Source: Sulfuritalea hydrogenivorans sk43H | GTDB taxonomy: Bacteria; Pseudomonadota; Gammaproteobacteria; Burkholderiales; Rhodocyclaceae | DNA: 24,000 bases | Direction of reading: 5' to 3' | Assembly: GCA_945870205.1 (NCBI GenBank) | Contig: CAMBRI010000009.1 | Coordinates: 6,287-30,286 of the forward strand | Shown: positions 1 to 13,766 of the stretch, one piece after another | Position numbering within the stretch: position 1 is the stretch's first letter | Layout of the letters: every line of letters starts with the position of its first letter | Made by a program: the position numbers and the translations under genes | Notes under the pieces: model-generated | What the model was told of the DNA's origin: nothing | Seen by the model: only the letters and a program-made list of their open reading frames with translations | The model's database searches: none

Positions 1-17
1 TCCAGTGCGCCATTATT

Positions 18-1748
18 TCAGACTCTCGCCATGCGTCGTGGACGCCAATTGACCAGTTCACCAGCCGGCATCGGCTGCCCGATACCGTGTCCCTGACCGA
101 CTTCGCAACCCATGTCCAGCAATGCCTGGTAGAGGGCTTCGTTTTCCACCCCTTCCGCCACGATGTTCATGTCGAAGGCCCGCGCCAGGGCAATGATGCC
201 ATGCACCACGGCGTAGTCACCCTTGTCGTCCAGCATGTCGCGAACAAAGGACTGATCTATTTTCAGCGTATCGACATCGAGCTTGCTCAGGTAGGTGAGC
301 GAAGAATAACCGGTGCCGAAGTCATCCAGCGCGAAACCCACGCCTAGTTCCCGACACGCCTTGATCAGGCCGCTGATCCTGGTGATGTCATCGAGCGCCG
401 CGGTTTCCAGCACTTCGATCTGCAAGCCGCGCAAATCCGTGAGCCGTCCCCGATCCAGGGCGCTCTGTTTTAGTCTCTGCACGAAGCCCGGCGATTGCAG
501 ATGATAGGCCGAGATGTTGATGCTCAATTCGATCTCGAACGCCGCCTCGCGCCATTGGCGTCGCTGGTCCATGGCGCTGCCGATGACCCATTCGCCCAGT
601 TCGATTTCCAGCTCGGTGTTTTCCACCGCGCGCAAGAATTCTTCCGGCAGCAGGCAGCCGCGCTGGGGATGATTCCAGCGCAGCAAGGCCTCGGCGCCGA
701 CCAGGCGGCGCGTGCGCATCTCCACCTTGGGCTGGTAGTAGAGCTCGAATTCACCGTGAGCCAGGCCGTGCCGTATCTGCAGCAACAATTCATGGTGGGA
801 GCGGGCGCGCTGGTCGCTCGCCGGATCGAACAGGTGATAGCGATTCTTGCCCGCCGCCTTGGCCACATACATGGCCTGGTCGGCATGACGCAGCAAGGTT
901 TCGGCATCCTCTTCGTCGTCCGGATACAGGGCCACGCCGATGCTGGCACTGATGCTGAGCACAGTGTCATTGAGAGCGATTGGCTGCTTGATGCTTTCCA
1001 GCAGGCGCTGCAGGCTGCCCACGCATTCTTCCGGCACCTGCAAGCCGACCAGCAGCACGACGAACTCATCGCCGCCCAGACGCGCCACCGTATCGTCCTC
1101 GCGCACCGCCTCCTTGATGCGCCGCGTGATTTCCACCAGCAGTTTGTCGCCGGCGCCATGGCCAAAGCGGTCGTTAACCGGCTTGAAGCCGTCGAGATCG
1201 AGATGGCACACGGCCATCAGGCCGCGGTCGCGCTTGGTGCGCGCCAGGGCCTGTGCCAGGCGGTCGCCCAGCAGCACACGGTTGGGTACGCCGGTCAGCG
1301 CGTCGTAATGCGCCATGTGCTTCAGTTGCTGTTCGTGTTCGCTGCGCTCGGTAATGTCCGCCGCCAGTCCGATGATGCCCCGAATGCTGCCATCATCGTG
1401 GTGCAGCCGAACTTTGGTGATTTCCAGAAGATGCTCGCGGCCATCGACAAAGGGCAGCCACTCGCTCGAAAGGTGCGGCGAGTCCTGCGCCAGGCATTCC
1501 CGGTCCGAGCGCAGGCAACTCGCGGCAACACTGGCTGGCATTACATCGGCGTAATGACCGGCGGCAAGGAATTGCGCCTCCGTGATGCCCGTCGAATCGC
1601 AGAAGCCGCGATTGACGAATTGCACCTTGCCGCGTACGTCTACCATCCAGATGCCGATGGGGGCATTGTCCAGAATCGCCTGGAAGAGGCCACGCTCATT
1701 GTCGATGGAAGGCATATGGAGCAAAACGTTTTTTGATTCGTCAGGCAC
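18..1748 (-). CDS. PAS domain-containing diguanylate cyclase/phosphodiesterase (GGDEF-EAL)
   Basis: 576-aa ORF with an N-terminal PAS/PAC segment, GGDEF motif (REDDTVARLGGDEFVVLL), EALLRW, NISA and DDFGTGYSSL motifs of EAL. Start could also be the internal ATG at about 1715. Confidence 0.95.
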   Translation of the reverse strand: MPDESKNVLLHMPSIDNERGLFQAILDNAPIGIWMVDVRGKVQFVNRGFCDSTGITEAQFLAAGHYADVMPASVAASCLRSDRECLAQDSPHLSSEWLPFVDGREHLLEITKVRLHHDDGSIRGIIGLAADITERSEHEQQLKHMAHYDALTGVPNRVLLGDRLAQALARTKRDRGLMAVCHLDLDGFKPVNDRFGHGAGDKLLVEITRRIKEAVREDDTVARLGGDEFVVLLVGLQVPEECVGSLQRLLESIKQPIALNDTVLSISASIGVALYPDDEEDAETLLRHADQAMYVAKAAGKNRYHLFDPASDQRARSHHELLLQIRHGLAHGEFELYYQPKVEMRTRRLVGAEALLRWNHPQRGCLLPEEFLRAVENTELEIELGEWVIGSAMDQRRQWREAAFEIELSINISAYHLQSPGFVQRLKQSALDRGRLTDLRGLQIEVLETAALDDITRISGLIKACRELGVGFALDDFGTGYSSLTYLSKLDVDTLKIDQSFVRDMLDDKGDYAVVHGIIALARAFDMNIVAEGVENEALYQALLDMGCEVGQGHGIGQPMPAGELVNWRPRRMARV

Positions 1749-1838
1749 GGAAACCGGCGCAGATGATTTTACGTCCTGTGCGGCACGCAGGACATCCGGC
1801 TCGGAGCTTGTGAATTAATTGGCACCGACCTCCCCGTC

Positions 1839-1935
1839 CGTCATTCCGGCGCAAGCCGGAATCCAGTGCATACCTGAGGTATCCGTGAAAACAATCGGAT
1901 AGACGAACTGGACCCCGGCCTTCGCCGGGGTGACG
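1839..1935. repeat. Imperfect inverted repeat, REP-like intergenic element
   Basis: Left arm cgtcattccggcgcaagccggaatccagt (1839-1867); right arm actggaccccggccttcgccggggtgacg (1907-1935), whose reverse complement is cgtcaccccggcgaaggccggggtccagt. Each arm can also fold internally (ccggc/gccgg). Confidence 0.6.
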
Positions 1936-1973
1936 AGTACGGAAATCGGGCGGCGATGAATTTTCAGAGCCAC

Positions 1974-2534
1974 TCAGTCGAAGTAGGTCCGACCTTCCTC
2001 AAAGCGCGCCGCAAACCAGCCTTTTTTCAGGCTCTCGGTACGCACCTTGCCGCGACTGTTGGGAGCATGGACGAAGCGATCGTCGCCGATGTAGATGCCG
2101 ACATGCGAATAGGATTTGTTGCGCGTGTTGAAGAAGACCAGGTCGCCGGGACGCAAGGCGGCGGCCGGCACCGGTTTGCCCAGATTTGCCAGATCGGCCG
2201 CCGACCCCGCCAGACGCATGTCGGCCGACTTCTGATAGACGTAGCTGACCATGCCGCTGCAGTCGAGCCCGGCCTCGGGGTTCTTGCCGCCAAAGCGGTA
2301 ACCGGTTTCGATCAGGCCCAGCGCGAACAGCACCACGTCGTAGGCCTTGCCATTGAGCTTTGCCGCATTGCTTGCAGCGGCGACCCCTGCCGCTTCCTTT
2401 GCTGCATCGCCGGCGCCGGCTCGGGAACTGACCGGCGCCGGCGCCTGGCCGCCAACGGGCAGCACGCCGCAGGCACCGAGCACCAGCGTCGAACTGGTCA
2501 GCACTGCGGCAAGCGAATGGCGGGGGGCGGGCAT
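1974..2534 (-). CDS. C40 family peptidase (NlpC/P60), probable lipoprotein
   Basis: 186 aa. Signal region with lipobox-like LVLGAC; catalytic Cys motif LDCSGMVSYVYQ and His motif YSHVGIYIGDDRFVHAPNSRGKV. Confidence 0.9.
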   Translation of the reverse strand: MPAPRHSLAAVLTSSTLVLGACGVLPVGGQAPAPVSSRAGAGDAAKEAAGVAAASNAAKLNGKAYDVVLFALGLIETGYRFGGKNPEAGLDCSGMVSYVYQKSADMRLAGSAADLANLGKPVPAAALRPGDLVFFNTRNKSYSHVGIYIGDDRFVHAPNSRGKVRTESLKKGWFAARFEEGRTYFD

Positions 2535-2593
2535 AAGCCCGAATCTAATCCGCTACACTGCTGCCGATAGACCCAAACAAGGCAGAAAACCTC

Positions 2594-3724
2594 ATGCAAA
2601 TCCGCGCCGCCGTGCTGAGCAAGATGGAGCGACCGCTCCCCTACGCCCAAACCCGACCGATAGTCATCGAAACCATCAACCTCGCCGGGCCCGGCCCCAA
2701 CGAAGTGCTGGTGCGGATTACCGCCGCCGGGCTGTGTCATTCCGACCTGTCGATCGTCAATGGCGACCGCCCGCGACCGATGCCGATGGCGCTCGGCCAC
2801 GAAGCCGCCGGCATCGTCGAGGAAACCGGTCCCGGCGTCACCGACCTGGTGCGCGGCGACACAGTGGCGCTGGTGTTCGTGCCCAGTTGCGGCCACTGCC
2901 TACCCTGCCTTGAAGGCCGCCCCGCACTGTGCGAGCCCGGTGCCGTGGCCAACACGGCGGGCACCATGGTCGGCGGCCACCGCCATCTCTCTCGCGTCGA
3001 CGGTACACCGCTGAACCACCAGGTCGGTGTTTCCTGTTTCGCCGAATATGCCGTGGTAAATCGCGGCAGCCTGGTCAAGGTGATTCCCGATCTGGCGCCT
3101 GATGTGGCGGCGATTTTCGGCTGCGCGGTGCTGACAGGTGTCGGCGCGGCGATCAACTCGGCACAGGTGCGCCTTGGCCAGACCGTGGCCGTGGTGGGCC
3201 TGGGTGGCGTCGGCCTGGCAGCCGTGCTGGGTGCGCTGGCCGCCGGGGCGAGGCAAGTCATCGCCGTCGATACCCTGCCGGCGAAACTCGACACCGCCCT
3301 TGCGCTGGGCGCGACGCTAGCCTTTCGTGCGGATGACCCCGACCTCGTGGCGCAGATCAAGGCCGCCACCGGCGGTGGCGTGGATATCGCCATCGAAGCC
3401 GCCAGTTCGGTTCAGGCGCTCGACTCCGCCTACAAGATGACGCGGCGCGGCGGCACCACCGTCACCTGCAGCCTGCCGCCGCCGTCGCACACATTCAATG
3501 TGCCGGCGGTAAACCTGGTTGCCGAAGAACGCACGCTCAAAGGCAGCTACCTCGGATCTTCGGTGCCGGTGCGTGACATTCCGCACTACATCGCCCTGTT
3601 CAAGGCCGGCCGCCTGCCGGTGGACAAGCTGATCACGCATCGCCTGAGGCTGGACCAGATCAACGAGGGCTTCGACCGGCTGGCCTCCGGCGAAGCCGTG
3701 CGCCAGGTGATCCTGTTCGACTGA
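2594..3724 (+). CDS. Zinc-dependent alcohol dehydrogenase (MDR superfamily)
   Basis: 376 aa. GHEAAGIVEETG zinc-ADH signature, structural zinc cysteines CGHCLPCLEGRPALC, and Rossmann motif VVGLGGVGLAAVLGAL. Confidence 0.92.
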   Translation: MQIRAAVLSKMERPLPYAQTRPIVIETINLAGPGPNEVLVRITAAGLCHSDLSIVNGDRPRPMPMALGHEAAGIVEETGPGVTDLVRGDTVALVFVPSCGHCLPCLEGRPALCEPGAVANTAGTMVGGHRHLSRVDGTPLNHQVGVSCFAEYAVVNRGSLVKVIPDLAPDVAAIFGCAVLTGVGAAINSAQVRLGQTVAVVGLGGVGLAAVLGALAAGARQVIAVDTLPAKLDTALALGATLAFRADDPDLVAQIKAATGGGVDIAIEAASSVQALDSAYKMTRRGGTTVTCSLPPPSHTFNVPAVNLVAEERTLKGSYLGSSVPVRDIPHYIALFKAGRLPVDKLITHRLRLDQINEGFDRLASGEAVRQVILFD

Positions 3725-3725
3725 A

Positions 3726-4904
3726 ATGAGCGCCAGACGCCATCTATTCACCTCCGAATCCGTCTCGGAAGGCCACCCGGACAAGCTCGCCGACCAGATT
3801 TCAGACGCGATCCTGGATGCCTTCCTGGCCCGCGAGACAACGGCCAAGGTCGCCTGCGAAACCCTGGTTGCCGATAATCTGATTGTCATCGCCGGCGAGT
3901 TCCGGACGGCTGATCCCGGAGTCTTCGACGACGTTCGCGGCCGTGCCGAGGAGATCGCCCGCCAGGTTCTGAAGGACGCCGGCTACCGTGACGCCGATAC
4001 CGGCATCGACCCGGACCGCTGCGAAGTGCAGGTACGCTTCAATCATCAGTCGATCCAGATCAACAAGGGCATCGTGCTGGCCAACGGTCAGCTCGGCGCC
4101 GGCGATCAGGGGCTGATGTTCGGCTATGCCTGCGACGAAACGCCGGACCTGATGCCGTACCCGATCTGGTTGGCGCATCGGCTGGTGCAACGCCAGGCCG
4201 AGCTCAGAAAATCCGGCGCCCTGCCCTGGCTGCGCCCCGATGCAAAAAGCCAGGTGACCGTGCTCTATGAGGGCCAACGAATGGCCGGCATCGCCAGCGT
4301 GGTGATCTCGACCCAGATCGAACGCGATCTCGATCCGGCCTGGGTCGCGCAGCAGGTCACGCATGAAATCATCGACCCGGTGCTGGCCGCGCGCGCGCGC
4401 GCGCCGGCATTCCGCATCTGGGTCAATCCGGCCGGGCCCTTCGAAATCGGCGGTCCGCATGGCGACACGGGGCTTACCGGGCGCAAGATCATCGTCGACA
4501 CCTATGGCGGCGCCTGCCCGCACGGCGGCGGTGCCTTCTCCGGCAAGGACCCGAGCAAGGTCGATCGCTCGGCGGCTTACATGGCGCGTTACATCGCCAA
4601 GAACATCGTTGCCGCAAAACTCGCCCGCCGCTGCCTGGTGCAGATCGCCTATGCCATCGGCGTCAGTGACCCGGTGTCGGTGATGATCGACACCCAGGGC
4701 ACGGCGCGCATCACGGACACCGCCCTGGAAACGGCGGTGAAGAAAGTATTCCATCTCACACCGAGCGGCATCATCGCGGCACTCGACCTGGCGCGGCCGA
4801 TCTACCGCCAGACCGCGAGCTATGGCCATTTCGGCCGCAGTGACATCGACCTGAACTGGGAGCGCACCGATCAGGTCGAAGCGCTGAAGCGGGCGCTGGG
4901 CTGA
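3726..4904 (+). CDS. metK: S-adenosylmethionine synthetase (methionine adenosyltransferase)
   Basis: 392 aa. FTSESVSEGHPDKLADQISDA, GAGDQGLMFGYACDET, LPWLRPDAKSQVT, GLTGRKIIVDTYGG and GGGAFSGKDPSKVDRSAAY are all diagnostic MetK motifs. Confidence 0.96.
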   Translation: MSARRHLFTSESVSEGHPDKLADQISDAILDAFLARETTAKVACETLVADNLIVIAGEFRTADPGVFDDVRGRAEEIARQVLKDAGYRDADTGIDPDRCEVQVRFNHQSIQINKGIVLANGQLGAGDQGLMFGYACDETPDLMPYPIWLAHRLVQRQAELRKSGALPWLRPDAKSQVTVLYEGQRMAGIASVVISTQIERDLDPAWVAQQVTHEIIDPVLAARARAPAFRIWVNPAGPFEIGGPHGDTGLTGRKIIVDTYGGACPHGGGAFSGKDPSKVDRSAAYMARYIAKNIVAAKLARRCLVQIAYAIGVSDPVSVMIDTQGTARITDTALETAVKKVFHLTPSGIIAALDLARPIYRQTASYGHFGRSDIDLNWERTDQVEALKRALG

Positions 4905-4906
4905 GG

Positions 4907-4957
4907 GCCGCCGCCGCGCACGTGGCGGTGGCGGTGGCGGTGGCGGCGGCAGTTTTT
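4907..4957 (+). terminator. Candidate rho-independent terminator downstream of metK
   Basis: gccgccgcc (4907-4915) pairs with ggcggcggc (4942-4950), followed by agttttt. It starts 3 nt after the metK stop. Several stem registers are possible because of the repeat in the loop. Confidence 0.5.
4922..4945. repeat. Hexanucleotide tandem repeat (GTGGCG)x4
   Basis: Read directly: gtggcg gtggcg gtggcg gtggcg gcggc. Confidence 0.85.
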
Positions 4958-5236
4958 CGGGTGTCGGACAGACCCCGGCTTCCTACGTAGAAACCGCAGT
5001 TTTCAGCGTAAAGCACGGATAAACAAAGCTGGTCCGGTTTGAGACTATTGGGCTCAATCGCATGCGTGCGTTCCGCGCGCATGAAGAGCAGTGTCTTGTC
5101 GAGCCCGGATTCAGCATGTCCGCAACGACCGCAAGTGATGCAGCATTTTCAACGAGACCCCAGGAAAATTCGTCACCGCCATGTTTTCGACTGAAATCGA
5201 CACCAGGTCTTTTGAACGCTGCGCAAGGGCGTCGCG

Positions 5237-7765
<2,529 letters not shown>

Positions 7766-7805
7766 CTCTGAGACCGTAGCTCCGCAGGTGGAACTCACCT
7801 GAGAC

Positions 7806-7826
7806 TCGCCTGAGCACCGCGCCGAA

Positions 7827-7834
<8 letters not shown>
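7806..7834. other. Small hairpin between convergent kinase genes
   Basis: tcgcctga (7806-7813) and tcaggcga (7827-7834) are perfect 8-bp arms, overlapping the stop codon of the minus-strand kinase. No T-tract, so terminator function is uncertain. Confidence 0.3.
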
Positions 7835-11336
<3,502 letters not shown>

Positions 11337-11344
11337 GCGCACCC

Positions 11345-11803
11345 TCAATCCGCCAGCGCGGGCACCTCGCGCTTGCTGCCGTCATCGTTGATCGCGACAT
11401 AGGTGAATTGCGCCTCGGTGACTTTGACCACCACCGGATTTGTCGGATTGCGCTCGGCATAAACCTGCACGTCCACGGTGATCGACGTCCGGCCGACCTT
11501 CACCACGTTGGCGTAGAAACTGACAATGTCGCCGACCGAGATTGGCTGCTTGAACAGGAAGGAATTCACCGCCACGGTGGCGATGCGGCCGCGTGCCAGG
11601 CGCATTGCCGGTATGGCGGCGGCGATGTCGCATTGGGCCATGACCCAGCCGCCGAAAATGTCGCCATTGCCGTTCATGTCGGCCGGCATCGGCATCACGC
11701 GCAGCACCGGCTCACGACCCGGTATGAGTACTCCGTGGTGAGGCATCAGCGCTCTCCGCTCTGCAAGTAATTCATCGGACCTCCAGTATAGTGGGCGACC
11801 CAT
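11345..11803 (-). CDS. Acyl-CoA thioesterase, hotdog fold (YciA-like)
   Basis: [81 protein letters not shown] is typical of YciA/acyl-CoA hydrolases. True start may be the ATG at 11746. Confidence 0.88.
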   Translation of the reverse strand: MGRPLYWRSDELLAERRALMPHHGVLIPGREPVLRVMPMPADMNGNGDIFGGWVMAQCDIAAAIPAMRLARGRIATVAVNSFLFKQPISVGDIVSFYANVVKVGRTSITVDVQVYAERNPTNPVVVKVTEAQFTYVAINDDGSKREVPALAD

Positions 11804-11930
11804 ACAGGAGCCGTGAGAATCTCACAACTCCGCCAGAACACGCCGACGTTCTAACGCTCATGGCACCCAGTACCACCCGCCGGAGATGAAGCGCGCAAAC
11901 GGCAAATTGAAGGCCCCCGCCCCCGTTCCA

Positions 11931-11954
11931 CGGCCGGCCCTGCATGGCCGGCCG
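11931..11954. repeat. Perfect 9-bp inverted repeat in an intergenic region
   Basis: cggccggcc-ctgcat-ggccggccg read directly. No following T-tract. Confidence 0.6.
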
Positions 11955-12231
11955 CCAGCGGCGGCGCGAAGCAGTGCTTGGCGAAATCCCGCCTACGCCC
12001 CCTTCCCAGGGCGGGGCTACCAGTCGGCTCGCTTCGCTCGGTTATCACCAGCCGCTTCGAACGAGTTGTTCCATTACGTTAAATTGAGAGTTCGGAGCAT
12101 TTCTCTGCTTTTCATGCCATTCTGTTCGGAATGGACAGGTTTTGCGGATATTTTCGTGTTCAGTTGCACCGCAATTCGACACCCAACTGACCCGCTTGCA
12201 TTTCCCCAATTGAGGGCCGATAATCCCCGTA

Positions 12232-12876
12232 ATGGGGAACGAGAAGCCAACTTCAATCGCAGACGTCCTGTTTTCCGGTGTGCAGCAACGGGTGATCGGC
12301 CTGTTGTTCGGGCAGCCGGATCGGTCCTTTTACGCCAATGAAATCGAGAGGTTAGGAAAAACCGGGCGTGGCGCCTTGCAGCGCGAACTGGAGCGCATGA
12401 CGGCCTCGGGCTTGGTAACGCTGACGGTGATCGGAAAGCAAAAGCACTATCAGGCCAACAAGGTTTCGCCCATCTTCAACGAACTGCGCGGAATCGCGGT
12501 CAAGACCTTCGGCTTGTCCGACATCCTGCGACTTGCTCTGGCCCAATTCATCCCGGAAATCGTTTTTGCGTTCATTTTTGGATCGGTGGCCAAAAACACC
12601 GATACGGCCGCGAGCGACATCGATGTGATGGTGATCGCCGACGGATTGAGCTACAGCGTCCTGTTCGAAGCTCTGACGAAAGCCGAGGAAACCCTGGGTC
12701 GCAAGGTCAGCCCAACGCTCTATTCGAAGGAAGAATTCAACAAGAAGCTGGCGGGAGACAACCACTTCGTGAGCCGCGTCCTCAACCAGCAAAAAATCGT
12801 CCTTATAGGAGACGAAAGTGCTATCCGCACAGGAAAACCTGCAGAACCTGCTGAAGATCGGCAAACTCAAGGCTGA
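12232..12876 (+). CDS. HTH-nucleotidyltransferase (MNT) protein, candidate antitoxin of an MNT/HEPN module
   Basis: 214 aa. The N-terminal winged-HTH-like region (RVIGLLFGQPDRSFYANEIERLGKTGRGALQRELERMTASGLVTLTVIGKQKHYQANK) is followed by nucleotidyltransferase signature FIFGSVAKNTDTAASDIDVMVIA. Confidence 0.85.
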   Translation: MGNEKPTSIADVLFSGVQQRVIGLLFGQPDRSFYANEIERLGKTGRGALQRELERMTASGLVTLTVIGKQKHYQANKVSPIFNELRGIAVKTFGLSDILRLALAQFIPEIVFAFIFGSVAKNTDTAASDIDVMVIADGLSYSVLFEALTKAEETLGRKVSPTLYSKEEFNKKLAGDNHFVSRVLNQQKIVLIGDESAIRTGKPAEPAEDRQTQG

Positions 12877-13249
12877 ACCCCCAAATTCGAGGGAACTTGA
12901 CGGACTGCTAAGCTCCGCCGGACGAAAGTTGCCCGACGCCGAGAACCTGTCGCTCTCGCCCGATAGCCGCTTTAGTCTTGCCTATGACGCAGCCCATACC
13001 TTCGCCCTCGCCGCCTTGCGCTGGCATGGCTATCGCTCGGAAAACCGGTACATCGTTTTTCAGGTTCTCGGGCACACCCTGAATTTTCCGACAGCCAAAT
13101 GGCGATTCCTGGATAGCTGCCATCAGAAACGGAATGCCGCGCTGTACGAGGGCGACTACACCGACGACGAGCAACTGATAAAGGAACTCGTTGCGGCTGC
13201 AAAGGACTTGAAGGCTGCTGTGGAGTCGCTGGGACCGGTCCGCACATGA
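12818..13249 (+). CDS. HEPN-like domain protein, candidate toxin partner of the MNT gene
   Basis: 143 aa, GTG start preceded by AGGAG (12807-12811). Overlaps the 3' end of the MNT gene by 59 bp in another frame. Helical composition with C-terminal HQKRNAALYEGDYTDDEQLIKELVAAAKDLKAAV, typical of HEPN RNxxxY/H regions. Confidence 0.7.
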   Translation: MLSAQENLQNLLKIGKLKAEPPNSRELDGLLSSAGRKLPDAENLSLSPDSRFSLAYDAAHTFALAALRWHGYRSENRYIVFQVLGHTLNFPTAKWRFLDSCHQKRNAALYEGDYTDDEQLIKELVAAAKDLKAAVESLGPVRT

Positions 13250-13282
13250 CATTACCAAGCATTGGCGATTCGCCCCATCACC

Positions 13283-13452
13283 CAGGGCAATCGCATGAAG
13301 GATGCTCCCTCCCCTTCAAAGGTTGGGGTGGGGATGGGACAAAACAAGCATGGGGAAGGACAGCAAACCACGTCATCGAACCCCATCCCCCTCCCGGCCT
13401 CCCCCTTGAAGGGGGAGGAGAACACCACGGTGTCATTCATGCGATTGCCCTG
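13283..13452. mobile_element. MITE-like non-autonomous element (170 bp) with TIRs and flanking direct repeats
   Basis: Left TIR CAGGGCAATCGCATGAA (13283-13299) and right TIR ttcatgcgattgccctg (13436-13452) are perfect reverse complements. Both ends are directly flanked by identical CCCCATCACC (13273-13282 and 13453-13462). An internal hairpin cctccccctt-g-aagggggagg lies at 13398-13418. Confidence 0.7.
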
Positions 13453-13637
13453 CCCCATCACCGTCTCGCCAGCGCCGACTTTTGCGACAGGTTCAATGTG
13501 ACCCTCGCGTCAGGACGGCGTACTGTATCAATGCTTCGTTTGCGCCGATTCCAACGCTACTTCGCAGCTGCCGCATTCAAGCAAGGTATCCGCGCTGTTT
13601 GCCGGAAGGTTAATGGCAATTGATTGAACAGGACCCC

Positions 13638-13766
13638 TCAGCCCTCGGCAGAGTAAATGAGTTGCCGTCGATGCTTCAGTGCGAGAAATACCACCTCAAC
13701 TTTGGAATGGGCGTACAAGGCAACGTGCCGGCTTAACACGTACTCGCGCAAATTCGGCAGACCCGC
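13638..13766 (-). pseudogene. Possible remnant of a RelE/ParE-family toxin C-terminus
   Basis: Minus-strand peptide NLREYVLSRHVALYAHSKVEVVFLALKHRRQLIY resembles the conserved ParE/RelE C-terminus (LRE..v..YvalY....VevlalrHqRq). No recognisable N-terminal half. Confidence 0.3.

Noticed and set aside
495-1736. 413-aa plus-strand ORF opposite the GGDEF-EAL gene
   Set aside because: Antisense artefact. The translation resembles a reversed GGDEF coding pattern, with no domain of its own.
3700-3726. SAM riboswitch upstream of metK
   Set aside because: Only one base separates metK from the upstream ADH stop and no leader exists, so a riboswitch cannot fit here.
3801-4829. 342-aa minus-strand ORF opposite metK
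   Set aside because: Shadow ORF of a highly conserved gene.
11886-12341. 151-aa ORF across the intergenic region and the MNT start
   Set aside because: Crosses the GC-composition break and overlaps the MNT gene in another frame; no domain-like sequence.
13246-13623. 125-aa plus-strand ORF through the MITE-like element
   Set aside because: Translation is low-complexity (proline/glycine-rich) through the repeat. The perfect TIRs and direct repeats explain this sequence better.
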